Made by a program: the position numbers and the translations under genes. Below, in pieces: positions 16,190 to 25,161 of a DNA stretch of 34,397 nucleotides (positions are counted from its first letter, which is position 1; every line of letters begins with the position of its first letter). Below the pieces are notes generated by a model that did no database searches, was not told where the DNA came from, and worked only from the letters and a program-made list of their open reading frames with translations. This DNA is from a virus. Its lineage: Duplodnaviria; Caudoviricetes. The stretch lies in IMG/VR virus record IMGVR_UViG_3300038307_000128, positions 1-34,397 of that record. One strand, written 5' to 3'.

Positions 16190-17030
16190 TGCAATAGCAA
16201 TAGTGGGAACAGGGAATGTTGGAAGTTGTATTGCCTCTTTGATAGTATCAAAAGAAATATGCAACAAGTTATACCTAGTTTCGTCTACTGACAATACTAC
16301 TTCGGTTGAAGGTGTGCTTTGCGACTTGATGGGTAATTCTTCAGACATAGATATTGCAGTTGCGGGTTACAAAGAAGTTCAAAATGTTGACTTGGTAATT
16401 GTATGTTCTGGGATTGCTCAAAAAGAAAAGCAAAGCAGAAATGATTTGCTTGATGAGAACAAGAAAATAGTAAAAAAAATTGGCGATGAGTTAAAAAAAA
16501 TAAAATACAACAAGCGGGTTATAGTTGTGACTAATCCTGTGGACATCTCATCGTATTTATTGCAGAGGCAGTCGCAAATAAATTGTAAAAAAATAATAGG
16601 CGTTGGTACACTTATAGACCAAAATCGGCTCAGAAATATATGTAAAAAGAATATAGATATAGGCGAAGCAAAAATAGTTGGGGAGCATGGAGATTCAATG
16701 GTTTTAATACGAGCATCTAAAAAAAAGTTTTCAAGAGTTTTTGGAAAAGTTAAAAATCTTGTCTATGAAATTATTGACAAAAAAAAAGTAAGCAACTTGG
16801 GTATTGGTTTTACAGTAATTGAGTTAATAGAAAAATTGTTTTCGCCTTGTGTTTGCTGTGCGGTGCCATTTAGTTGTTATGACTATGAGCATGGCATATA
16901 CATTAGCAATCTGTACGACATCGGAAACAATAAAATTGAAAAGGTTAGTCATGTCTTATCAAAGCAAGAACAGCGAAGTTTTGACTTGAGCGTAGATGCA
17001 ATAAAGAAACAGATAGAAGAATGCGATTGA
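16176..17030 (+). CDS. L-lactate/malate dehydrogenase-family oxidoreductase
   Basis: IVGTGNVG, CSG..QK..QSR.DL...N, VVTNPVD, GTLID..R, GEHGDS. Confidence 0.9.
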   Translation: MILVDAIAIVGTGNVGSCIASLIVSKEICNKLYLVSSTDNTTSVEGVLCDLMGNSSDIDIAVAGYKEVQNVDLVIVCSGIAQKEKQSRNDLLDENKKIVKKIGDELKKIKYNKRVIVVTNPVDISSYLLQRQSQINCKKIIGVGTLIDQNRLRNICKKNIDIGEAKIVGEHGDSMVLIRASKKKFSRVFGKVKNLVYEIIDKKKVSNLGIGFTVIELIEKLFSPCVCCAVPFSCYDYEHGIYISNLYDIGNNKIEKVSHVLSKQEQRSFDLSVDAIKKQIEECD

Positions 17031-17058
17031 AAAAACAATTACCAAAAAGGAAACAAAA

Positions 17059-17475
17059 ATGATTTCTTGTACTAGGAAACTTTGGTTCTGTGCAGGGCAT
17101 AGAGTAAAAGGACATGAAGGGAAATGCAGACACCTTCACGGTCATAACTACATTGTCTACATAACAGCACAAGCAAGTTTAGATTCGATTGGTAGAGTTA
17201 TTGACTTTAGTGTATTGAAGGAACAGTTTGGTTCGTTTATTGATGACAACTTCGACCACGGTTTCCTTGTTTGGGAAGATGACAAGGAAGTGATTGATGT
17301 ACTAAAGAACATGGGTGAGCAAAAGGTATTTGTAATGCCAACAAACCCAACAGCAGAAAACATTGCACAATTCTTGTTAGATAACAGCGATGATATTCTC
17401 GACAACAAAGGAGTTGAAGTTACGATGGTAAAAGTATATGAAACAGAAAATTGCTTTGCGGTGGCAACACGATGA
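17059..17475 (+). CDS. queD: 6-carboxytetrahydropterin synthase
   Basis: F.AGHR...H.GKCRHLHGHNY, VIDF, FDH, NPTAEN, VYET. Confidence 0.95.
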   Translation: MISCTRKLWFCAGHRVKGHEGKCRHLHGHNYIVYITAQASLDSIGRVIDFSVLKEQFGSFIDDNFDHGFLVWEDDKEVIDVLKNMGEQKVFVMPTNPTAENIAQFLLDNSDDILDNKGVEVTMVKVYETENCFAVATR

Positions 17476-18107
17476 AGGGGTACTGGGTAAGCGAAATCTT
17501 TTACTCGTTGCAAGGTGAAGGCGTAAGGTCTGGTACTGCAAATGTTTTTGTGAGGTTCAAAGGTTGCAACTTAGAGTGTGCAATGGAAGAAGGCGAAAAG
17601 TCAATAGGTGGGTTTGACTGTGATACCGAGTTTGAGTCAGGTATTAAGATGTCGCCTCACGACTTGATGGATGCTTGTGAAGCAATGGTTGTAAAGCAAA
17701 CGAATAGTAACCACGTTCAGTTCAATGTAATCTTTACTGGTGGTGAACCTGCAATTCAATTGGACAAAGAATTAGTTTCAATGTTCAAGGAGAGTGGTTG
17801 GTATACAGCAATAGAAACAAATGGAAGCATGGACGTTTCAGATTTAGGTTTAGATTGGATTACAGTTTCGCCAAAGGTTGCGGAGCATTGCGTAAGACAA
17901 CTAACAGCAGACGAAGTAAAATATGTCAGAGGCAACCTGCAAGGAATACCTAAACCAAAGTGCAAGGCGAAGAACAAAGTTATATCTCCTGCGTTTAATG
18001 GTTTAGAAAAAAACCAAGATGCTGTTCTTTGGTGCATCGAATTAGTAAAGCAAAATCCAGATTGGCAACTAAGTGTGCAAGACCATAAGTTATGGAGAAT
18101 AAGGTAA
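17472..18107 (+). CDS. queE: 7-carboxy-7-deazaguanine synthase (radical SAM)
   Basis: EIFYSLQGEG, FVRFKGCNL.C...CDT, TGGEP, IETNG, WITVSPK, LSVQ.HK. Confidence 0.95.
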   Translation: MKGYWVSEIFYSLQGEGVRSGTANVFVRFKGCNLECAMEEGEKSIGGFDCDTEFESGIKMSPHDLMDACEAMVVKQTNSNHVQFNVIFTGGEPAIQLDKELVSMFKESGWYTAIETNGSMDVSDLGLDWITVSPKVAEHCVRQLTADEVKYVRGNLQGIPKPKCKAKNKVISPAFNGLEKNQDAVLWCIELVKQNPDWQLSVQDHKLWRIR

Positions 18108-18661
18108 TGAGTATAGGCGAAGAAGGTATTAGAGATTTACTTATTGAGATTGGACAAGACCCTGAAAGGGAAGGCATTGTTGATACACCAAAGCGAGTTG
18201 TAAAAGCAATGAAAGAAATGACTGCGGGTTATAACCAAAGCCCAAAAGAAATACTGAGTAGACAATTTGAAGGTGATAACTACGATGACTTAGTTATTGT
18301 GAGAGGTATTAGGTTTGCTTCCTTATGTGAACACCACCTCTTGCCTTTTGTTGGAACTTGTGCAGTTGGGTATTTGCCAAGAATAAAAGTTGTTGGCTTG
18401 TCAAAGTTGCCAAGGCTTGTTGAGTGTTATTCTAAACGGTTACAACTTCAAGAAAGAATGACTAGGCAGATAGCCAATGCGGTAATGATTCACTTAATGC
18501 CTAGAGGCGTTGGAGTTTATGTGCAAGCGACTCATCAATGCATGGCTTGCAGAGGTGCAAGACAACCCGATGCTGATATGGTTACAACAACTGTACTTGG
18601 GGAGATGCGAGAAAATCCTTCGCTCAAGTCTGAGTTTATTCAGGCGGTGCATCATGGATAG
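18107..18661 (+). CDS. folE: GTP cyclohydrolase I
   Basis: REG..DTPKRV, SLCEHHLLPF, GLSKL.R, RLQLQER, H.CM.CRG. Confidence 0.97.
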   Translation: MSIGEEGIRDLLIEIGQDPEREGIVDTPKRVVKAMKEMTAGYNQSPKEILSRQFEGDNYDDLVIVRGIRFASLCEHHLLPFVGTCAVGYLPRIKVVGLSKLPRLVECYSKRLQLQERMTRQIANAVMIHLMPRGVGVYVQATHQCMACRGARQPDADMVTTTVLGEMRENPSLKSEFIQAVHHG

Positions 18662-18676
18662 ACAAGGAGCAAACCA

Positions 18677-19330
18677 ATGTGCGGCAAAATGAAACTAATC
18701 AAAAAGAAAGGCTACTATTCGGGCGAGGTGTGGGAGTTCAATTTACCTGCGGGGCATTCATGTCCTTACGCTTGCAAATGTTTAACCAAAGCCGATAGAC
18801 AAACAGGCAAACAAACATCTGGTCAGCAAAGAACTTTTAGATGTTATGCCGCAAGTGCCGAGCGTTTTCCTGCGGTCAGAAAAAGCCGTTGGGCAAACTT
18901 TGAAGCACTCAAAGAAATGAAAAGCGAAAAAGAAATATATGTAGCACTTTTTCAAATGTTCACAGGAAAAGAAAGTGCAGTTCGTATTCATGGTAGCGGT
19001 GACTTTTTCAATCAAAGATACTTCAACGCTTGGGTACTTATTTGTCAACTAATGCCAGAGGTTGAGTTTTGGGCTTTTACAAAATCAATCCCGTATTGGG
19101 TCAACTGTGAGTATTCCATACCTAGCAATTTTACTTTAACTGCAAGTCGTGGTAGTTCTCACGACCATCTCATTGACAAGCACCAACTCAAAAACTGTGA
19201 AGTCTTTTTAACGAGCAAGGATGCGGTGGCTTCGGGGCTGCCGATTGATACAGACGATACCCTTGCAAGAGAATCAAGAATAGACTTTGCTTTGGTCGAC
19301 AACTACGAGAGGAAAGAACAGCATGGGTAA
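18677..19330 (+). CDS. GP88-like (radical-SAM-related) protein
   Basis: FNLPAG..CP.A..C...CYA, VRIH.SGDFF...Y..AW, FWA.TK. Confidence 0.75.
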   Translation: MCGKMKLIKKKGYYSGEVWEFNLPAGHSCPYACKCLTKADRQTGKQTSGQQRTFRCYAASAERFPAVRKSRWANFEALKEMKSEKEIYVALFQMFTGKESAVRIHGSGDFFNQRYFNAWVLICQLMPEVEFWAFTKSIPYWVNCEYSIPSNFTLTASRGSSHDHLIDKHQLKNCEVFLTSKDAVASGLPIDTDDTLARESRIDFALVDNYERKEQHG

Positions 19331-19805
19331 ACGTGGTCCGAAACCAACACCAACTGCGATGTTAAAACTTCGAGGTAGTTGGCGTGGCGATGTAAACAAA
19401 GACGAGCCAATGCCAGACATTGGTGTTCCTGAATGTCCAAAAGAAATAGAAGGCATAGCAAAAGATTGTTGGGATGAGTTAGCACCAATGTTAGTCGGCA
19501 TGAATGTTTTAACTGTCGCTGATGGGAAAGCGTTTGAGTTGTTATGTGTTACATTTTCTAATTGGAAACGAAGTGAAGCAATGTTACAAAAGCACGGTGA
19601 CGTTTATCCAATAAGGGATGCCAATAACAACGTGAAGTATTTACAACAGTCGCCTTATGTTGCAATGGCTAGAAACTTTGGCAAGGCATTTAAGGAAATG
19701 CTTTGTGAGTTTGGTTTAACTCCATCATCTAGGAGTAGAATTGTTACAGGTGGTGATAAGCAAGCAACAAAAGCAGATGAGCGAATGAAGTATCTATCGG
19801 GATGA
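19323..19805 (+). CDS. terS: Terminase small subunit (P27 family)
   Basis: MGKRGPKPTPT..LKLRG, SPYV, EFGLTPSSRSR. Confidence 0.92.
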   Translation: MGKRGPKPTPTAMLKLRGSWRGDVNKDEPMPDIGVPECPKEIEGIAKDCWDELAPMLVGMNVLTVADGKAFELLCVTFSNWKRSEAMLQKHGDVYPIRDANNNVKYLQQSPYVAMARNFGKAFKEMLCEFGLTPSSRSRIVTGGDKQATKADERMKYLSG

Positions 19806-21424
19806 CAGATAAAGAAACAGAAGTGGATTTGATGTTACCCGACTATAACCCTTACGACCAGTGCGGAGATAGTGAGTTTGAGATTGAAGTTGCAACGAGG
19901 GCTGTTGATTTTTTTTCTTTATTCTTAAAACATGACAAAGGCAAATGGGCGGGGCTACCCTTTCACTTATCGCCTTGGCAAGTTAGTGTTGTTGCAAATT
20001 TGTTTGGATGGATTCGTGAAGATGGTGCAAGAAGATATCGTTCTTCGTTGATTGAGTTGCCTAGAAAGACAGGCAAGAGTCATCTTTGCGCAGGGCTTGC
20101 TTTGTATTGTTTGGTTGCTGATAAAGAAGAAGGCGCAGAAGTTTATACCGCAGCCGCCGACCGTGACCAAGCAAGCATTGTGTTTGGTATTGCTAAAAGA
20201 TTTGTTGAAGCAGACGAATACCTTTCCAGAATGTGTACCGTTTATAGGAATGCAATTGTTGTAGAAAGTACAGGCTCGACCATGAAGGCGCTATCTTCTG
20301 ATGCCCGAACTGCTCATGGATTAAATGCTAGTGCTGTTATCTGTGATGAGTTGCACGTTTGGACAAAACCAGATGCTCGAGATTTGTACGAGGCACTTGT
20401 AACAAGTCAAGGAGCAAGACGGCAACCACTTACAATTTCAATTACCACAGCAGGAACAGCCGAGCCAACATTGTGGAAAGAAACTCACCAATACGCAGAA
20501 CAGGTAAGGGATAACGTAATTGAGGAAACTTCTTTTCTTCCTGCGCTGTGGTGTGCAGATAAAGATGAAGATTGGTCAGACCCAGAGGTGTGGCATAGAG
20601 TTAATCCTTCGCTTGGTATAACTACGCCTGTAGAATTTTACGAGCAAGAGTGTGCAAAGGCAAAAGCGTTGCCTTCTTATGCAAATGCTTTTAGGCGTTT
20701 GTATTTGAACCAACCTACTGAGGCATTAAGTCGTTGGTTGTCTATTGATGCGTGGGATGAGTGCGAAGAAAGATATACCGAAGAACAACTTGAAGGCAGG
20801 ACTTGCTATGCGGGTTTGGATTTATCTTCAACACTTGACTTGACAGCATTGGTTTTAATATTCCCAAGAACTGAAGAAGAAGGAAAGGGGTATGATGTAT
20901 TGCCTTTTTTCTTTATACCATCTGAAAATATAGAAAAAAGATACAAGCGAGATGGTGTGCCATATCCAAATTGGCGAGATGAAGGAAACATCTTTTGTAC
21001 TGAAGGAGATGTTATAGATTATGGCTATGTAAAAAATAAAGTTTTGGAATTAGGTGCAAGATACGATATTAAAGAGATAGCAATAGATAGATGGAATGCT
21101 ACTCAACTAGCAATCGCTTTAGAAAATGAAGGTTTTACTGTCGCTTACTTTGGTCAAGGGTATAGAAGTATGTCTGCACCTGCAAAAGAATTAGAAGCGT
21201 CAATCATAGGAAAACGATTTAGACACAATGGACACCCTGTACTTAAATGGAATGCAAGTGTATGCTCTGCCGAAGAAGATAGTGCAGGAAATATTAAACC
21301 ATCTAAAAAAAGAAGCAACGAAAGAATTGATGGTATAGTGGCTTGCGTTATGGGAATAGGTCGAGCAATAGCAAACAACGAAGGCACGAGCGTTTATGAG
21401 AATCGTGGCTTGGAGAGTTTATAA
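19802..21424 (+). CDS. terL: Terminase large subunit (HK97-like)
   Basis: L.PWQ, PRKTGKS, DELH, ITTAG, GLDLS...DLTA, RIDG. Confidence 0.97.
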   Translation: MTDKETEVDLMLPDYNPYDQCGDSEFEIEVATRAVDFFSLFLKHDKGKWAGLPFHLSPWQVSVVANLFGWIREDGARRYRSSLIELPRKTGKSHLCAGLALYCLVADKEEGAEVYTAAADRDQASIVFGIAKRFVEADEYLSRMCTVYRNAIVVESTGSTMKALSSDARTAHGLNASAVICDELHVWTKPDARDLYEALVTSQGARRQPLTISITTAGTAEPTLWKETHQYAEQVRDNVIEETSFLPALWCADKDEDWSDPEVWHRVNPSLGITTPVEFYEQECAKAKALPSYANAFRRLYLNQPTEALSRWLSIDAWDECEERYTEEQLEGRTCYAGLDLSSTLDLTALVLIFPRTEEEGKGYDVLPFFFIPSENIEKRYKRDGVPYPNWRDEGNIFCTEGDVIDYGYVKNKVLELGARYDIKEIAIDRWNATQLAIALENEGFTVAYFGQGYRSMSAPAKELEASIIGKRFRHNGHPVLKWNASVCSAEEDSAGNIKPSKKRSNERIDGIVACVMGIGRAIANNEGTSVYENRGLESL

Positions 21425-22984
21425 ATGGGAATTTTTAGTTGGTTAAAGTCAGAAGAAAAAGAAACTAGAGGTCAGTTAAAAAATCCTTCTTGGTGGGAGT
21501 CGGTGTTTACTGGTTCGTCAACAAGCGCAGGAATACGAGTGACAGCGGACAGTGCATTGCATCAGCCCGCTGTCTTTGCATGTGTCCGAGTAATTAGTGA
21601 AGATGTTGCATCGCTTCCAATAAAAGTTTACTCAAGAGTTTCAGACATGGTAAGGGAAGGTGTTGACTCACACCCTGTATCCAAATTACTAACAAAGAAA
21701 CCAAATGCAGAAATGACTCCCTTTACTTTCAAAGAAGTAATAACTGCACACGTTTTACTTTACGGTAATGGGTACGCAGAAATAGAAAAAGACAATGCGG
21801 GAAATGTAATTGGTTTATGGATATTACTACCTGAGAAAATGCAAGTTGGGATAGTTGACGGTGAAGTAGTTTATGTTTATAACTCAGGCAATGGTCAAGT
21901 AACTTATCCAAGTGATAGAATCTTTCACATAAAAGGTCTTGGGCATGATGGGTTAATTGGATACTCACCAATCGAGTACGCAAGGGAAACCATTGGCATA
22001 AGTGCTGCTATGGAAAAGAGTGGCGGTACATTCTTTTCAAATGCAAGTCGTCCGTCTGGAATATTATCTCATCCTGCAAAACTATCTGAGGGAGCCGCTA
22101 AACGACTTCGAGAAGGTTGGCAAGGAATGTACTCTGGTTCAGAAAATACAGGACGCACTGCAATCTTAGAAGAAGGTATGAAGTGGGAACAGTTATCAAT
22201 ACCACACTCCGATTCTCAATGGTTAGAATCAAGACAGTACTCGTTGCAAGACATTGCTCGTATGTATCGAGTGCCACCGCACATGATTGGCGACCTCAGT
22301 AGGAGTACCTTCAGCAATATAGAGTCACAGCAGATTGCTTATATGCAAAGTACTTTAATGCCTTGGTTGCGTAGATGGGAACAAGAAATTAACCGTAAGT
22401 TAATTGGTGACGATGAGCAAAAAGTTTATGCGGAATTTCTTGCAGAAGAACTGTTAAGGGGCAACACATTAGAAAGATACGATGCTTATAGGATGGCAAG
22501 AGAATCTGGTTGGCTTTCAGTAAATGACATCCGCAAAAGAGAGAACCTTAATCCAGTTGAAGGTGGGGATTCTTATATCCAACCACTTAACTTCATTGAT
22601 TCAAACTTGGCAAATGAAGTACAAGGTGGTGCGATTGAAGGCAGGGCTTGGTTGCATGATTCAGTTAAGAGGGCTGTTGCAATTATTAGAAACAGTTGTA
22701 CTCGCAAAATGGAAAAGATGACTGATGAAGAATGGCAAGAATGGCTGATTAACCAAGACACACAATTAAAAGAAAAGGTAGTTGAAATTATAGATGGCTC
22801 ATGTAGACAATTAGAACTAAACTCCTTAGACGTTGCTACTGTGCTAATCGAAACTTGCGAGTCAGCAATTAAAACATCCCAAACAAAAAAGCGTAGTTAT
22901 GAAAACTGTACAGCATGGGCAAACAGTTTTATGAATGAAGCGACCTTGGACATAATACTAAAACGGAGTCAAGAAAATGAATGA
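21425..22984 (+). CDS. Portal protein (HK97 family) with C-terminal extension
   Basis: AVFACVRVISE.VASLP, LLYGNGY, G.SPI, IAR.YRVPPH.IG, NIE.Q, NDIR..ENL.P. Confidence 0.95.
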   Translation: MGIFSWLKSEEKETRGQLKNPSWWESVFTGSSTSAGIRVTADSALHQPAVFACVRVISEDVASLPIKVYSRVSDMVREGVDSHPVSKLLTKKPNAEMTPFTFKEVITAHVLLYGNGYAEIEKDNAGNVIGLWILLPEKMQVGIVDGEVVYVYNSGNGQVTYPSDRIFHIKGLGHDGLIGYSPIEYARETIGISAAMEKSGGTFFSNASRPSGILSHPAKLSEGAAKRLREGWQGMYSGSENTGRTAILEEGMKWEQLSIPHSDSQWLESRQYSLQDIARMYRVPPHMIGDLSRSTFSNIESQQIAYMQSTLMPWLRRWEQEINRKLIGDDEQKVYAEFLAEELLRGNTLERYDAYRMARESGWLSVNDIRKRENLNPVEGGDSYIQPLNFIDSNLANEVQGGAIEGRAWLHDSVKRAVAIIRNSCTRKMEKMTDEEWQEWLINQDTQLKEKVVEIIDGSCRQLELNSLDVATVLIETCESAIKTSQTKKRSYENCTAWANSFMNEATLDIILKRSQENE

Positions 22985-23609
22985 AGAAAAAAACAAGGCA
23001 ATGGAAAAAGAAACTCGTATATGCAACGACTTACATCTTGCACATACTCGAAGTGAAGATGGTACTGAACCTGAAGCACCAAAGATTGTTGGGTACGCTT
23101 CTGTCTTTGACTCGATGTCCGAAAATCTTGGTGGGTTCAGAGAGTTAATACAGCGTGGAGCGTTTGCAGAATCACTTGCAAACAATGATGAGGTTCATGC
23201 TTTGTTTAACCATGACGATAATAAAATACTTGGTAGACGAGGTGCGGGTACTTTGAACTTGTGGGAAGATGACCATGGTTTAAGAGTTGAGATAGACCCA
23301 CCAAACACAACAGACGGCAATGATGTAGTCGAACTTCTGAGAAGGGGTGACTTAGTTTCGATGTCTTTTGGATTTTATAATATCAAAGACGATTGGGAAA
23401 CTAGAGATGGCGAGGACATTAGGACAATCAAAGAAGCAAAACTTTTTGATGTTTCAGTTGTAACTAATCCTGCTTACCAATCGACTGAAGTCAATGTCCG
23501 TTCTCATAATGAATATGTAGCAAGTAAAGAAATTGAGAATACAGACTTCGATGCTGTTGGTGAAACTATCGACTTGAGACTTCGACTACGTTTAGCAGAG
23601 GAAGCATAA
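22977..23609 (+). CDS. Prohead protease (HK97 type)
   Basis: GYASVF, LFNHD, GTL.L.ED..GL, MSFGF, L.DVSVVT.PAY. Confidence 0.95.
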   Translation: MNEEKNKAMEKETRICNDLHLAHTRSEDGTEPEAPKIVGYASVFDSMSENLGGFRELIQRGAFAESLANNDEVHALFNHDDNKILGRRGAGTLNLWEDDHGLRVEIDPPNTTDGNDVVELLRRGDLVSMSFGFYNIKDDWETRDGEDIRTIKEAKLFDVSVVTNPAYQSTEVNVRSHNEYVASKEIENTDFDAVGETIDLRLRLRLAEEA

Positions 23610-23713
23610 TGTCTTACAAAACCAAATTGAAACTGTTTGAGTTAGGCACGATGATACTTACCGTCTGTATAACTTCGTTCATTGTTTTGCTAGTTTGCAA
23701 GGCAACCCACTAA
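23609..23713 (+). CDS. Small single-TM protein (34 aa, MSYKTKLKLFELGTMILTVCITSFIVLLVCKATH), not in ORF track
   Basis: TAATG overlap with the protease stop, GAGG RBS, hydrophobic stretch. Confidence 0.5.
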   Translation: MSYKTKLKLFELGTMILTVCITSFIVLLVCKATH

Positions 23714-23877
23714 TGCTATACTGGTCAAGAATTATTGTGATATGCAGACCCGATATAACTGCCATTGCTTTTTTAGTTTTCTATTGTTACTATAATTAGT
23801 ACAGCCCGTTGGTTATTACTTGCCGTTGCAAGAATCGTTTTTTTTTACAACAACAACAAACACAGAGGAAAGACACT

Positions 23878-25089
23878 ATGTCACAATCAAAAGAAATGCG
23901 AGAACAACGGTGCAAACTTGTTGCCGATGCTCGAGCAATAATGGACAGTACGGAAACACTTGATGCAGAACAAAGACAGCAAGTAGATACAATGCTGAAT
24001 GATTCCGACCTTCTCAAGAAGGACATCGACAGAATAGAAGCAATTGATGCTCAAGAACGAGCATTAAAAGATTCAGCAGGTAAATCTGTTGAACTTGCAC
24101 TCGCAGAACCACAAGAAGAAGTACGGTCAGGTGTTGAATCAGAAGAATACCGAGATGCGTTTATGAAGTATCTACGCAAAGGCAATTCTAAAATGTCAAG
24201 CGCAGAACAACGTGTAATGGTTGAAGGTACAAATACTGCGGGTGGTTTTACTGCACCAATGTTTGCTTTTGGTCAAGCAACTTTGCAAGACATGATTATT
24301 GAAACAATGGATTCTGCACAAAACTTTACACAGTATGCGACCTCAATGCAAGTTGGTGGTCAAATTACAGTGCCAGTTCAAAATGCAGTTGGAACAGCCG
24401 CTTGGACAACCGAGAACGCTGCTTACAACGATTCAGAAACTACCTTCACTCAGTTAGTATTCTCGCCATACAAGGCAACGAGAATCCTAACAGTTTCACA
24501 AGAACTTCTTTCAGATGCTTATGTAAACATGGAAGGCTTCTTGGCAGGAATGTTTGGTCGGTCTTTTGCTACTTTGCTTAACACAGCCTTCATCTCTGGT
24601 GCATCTGCATCAACGACTTCACCAAGTGGTGTAATGAATGATTGTGATAATGGTAAGACAACCGCAACAACTGGCGTAATTGTTTGGTCAGAAATAACAG
24701 ACCTGTTCTATTCGTTGAAAGAATCCTATCGTGCAAATGGCACTTGGTTATTCAACTCAAGCACTGCAAGTTATCTTCGCAACCTAAACACAGGTACAGG
24801 TGGTGCATACATTTGGCAACCATCAGCACTTGTTGGTGAAGCAGATACGCTAATGGGTAGACCAGTAGCAATCAACGATGCTTGCGATGATTACGATGCA
24901 GGTGTTGGTGCTAGACCAGTATTGTTTGGTGATTTGTCTTACTACTGGATTACATATCAAAACGGTATGAACTTCCAACGATTGGATGAACTTTATGCAG
25001 CGTCAGGAAATGTTGGTCTGAAAGCAGACGTTCGTGTAGACGGACAACTTACATCAAGCGAAGCAGTTAAAGCAATTACATCCAGTTAA
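23878..25089 (+). CDS. Major capsid protein (HK97 fold, with delta domain)
   Basis: Coiled-coil N-terminus, GGF..P, VSQELL.D, YIWQP, TLMGRPV, FGD; GAGG RBS before ATG 23878. Confidence 0.95.
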   Translation: MSQSKEMREQRCKLVADARAIMDSTETLDAEQRQQVDTMLNDSDLLKKDIDRIEAIDAQERALKDSAGKSVELALAEPQEEVRSGVESEEYRDAFMKYLRKGNSKMSSAEQRVMVEGTNTAGGFTAPMFAFGQATLQDMIIETMDSAQNFTQYATSMQVGGQITVPVQNAVGTAAWTTENAAYNDSETTFTQLVFSPYKATRILTVSQELLSDAYVNMEGFLAGMFGRSFATLLNTAFISGASASTTSPSGVMNDCDNGKTTATTGVIVWSEITDLFYSLKESYRANGTWLFNSSTASYLRNLNTGTGGAYIWQPSALVGEADTLMGRPVAINDACDDYDAGVGARPVLFGDLSYYWITYQNGMNFQRLDELYAASGNVGLKADVRVDGQLTSSEAVKAITSS

Positions 25090-25100
25090 TGGATTGAACG

Positions 25101-25148
25101 GCTACACATGGGCAGGTGGACAATCGTGTTCGCCTGTCCAACCGTAGC
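25101..25148 (+). promoter_or_regulatory. Long hairpin after the capsid gene (mRNA stabilisation or step-down)
   Basis: TGGGCAGGTGGACA-ATCG-TGTTCGCCTGTCCA with outer GCTAC/GTAGC; no U tract. Confidence 0.6.
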
Positions 25149-25161
25149 AGGAGAACTGAAT

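Noticed and set aside
17059-18661. que/folE genes as auxiliary genes for host tRNA queuosine or folate
   Set aside because: The adjacent DpdA-like and ParB-N genes and the lack of queF/queA favour DNA modification
23765-23796. sigma70 promoter TTGCTT...TATAAT before the capsid gene
   Set aside because: The 20-nt spacer is too long, so it is not called as a feature
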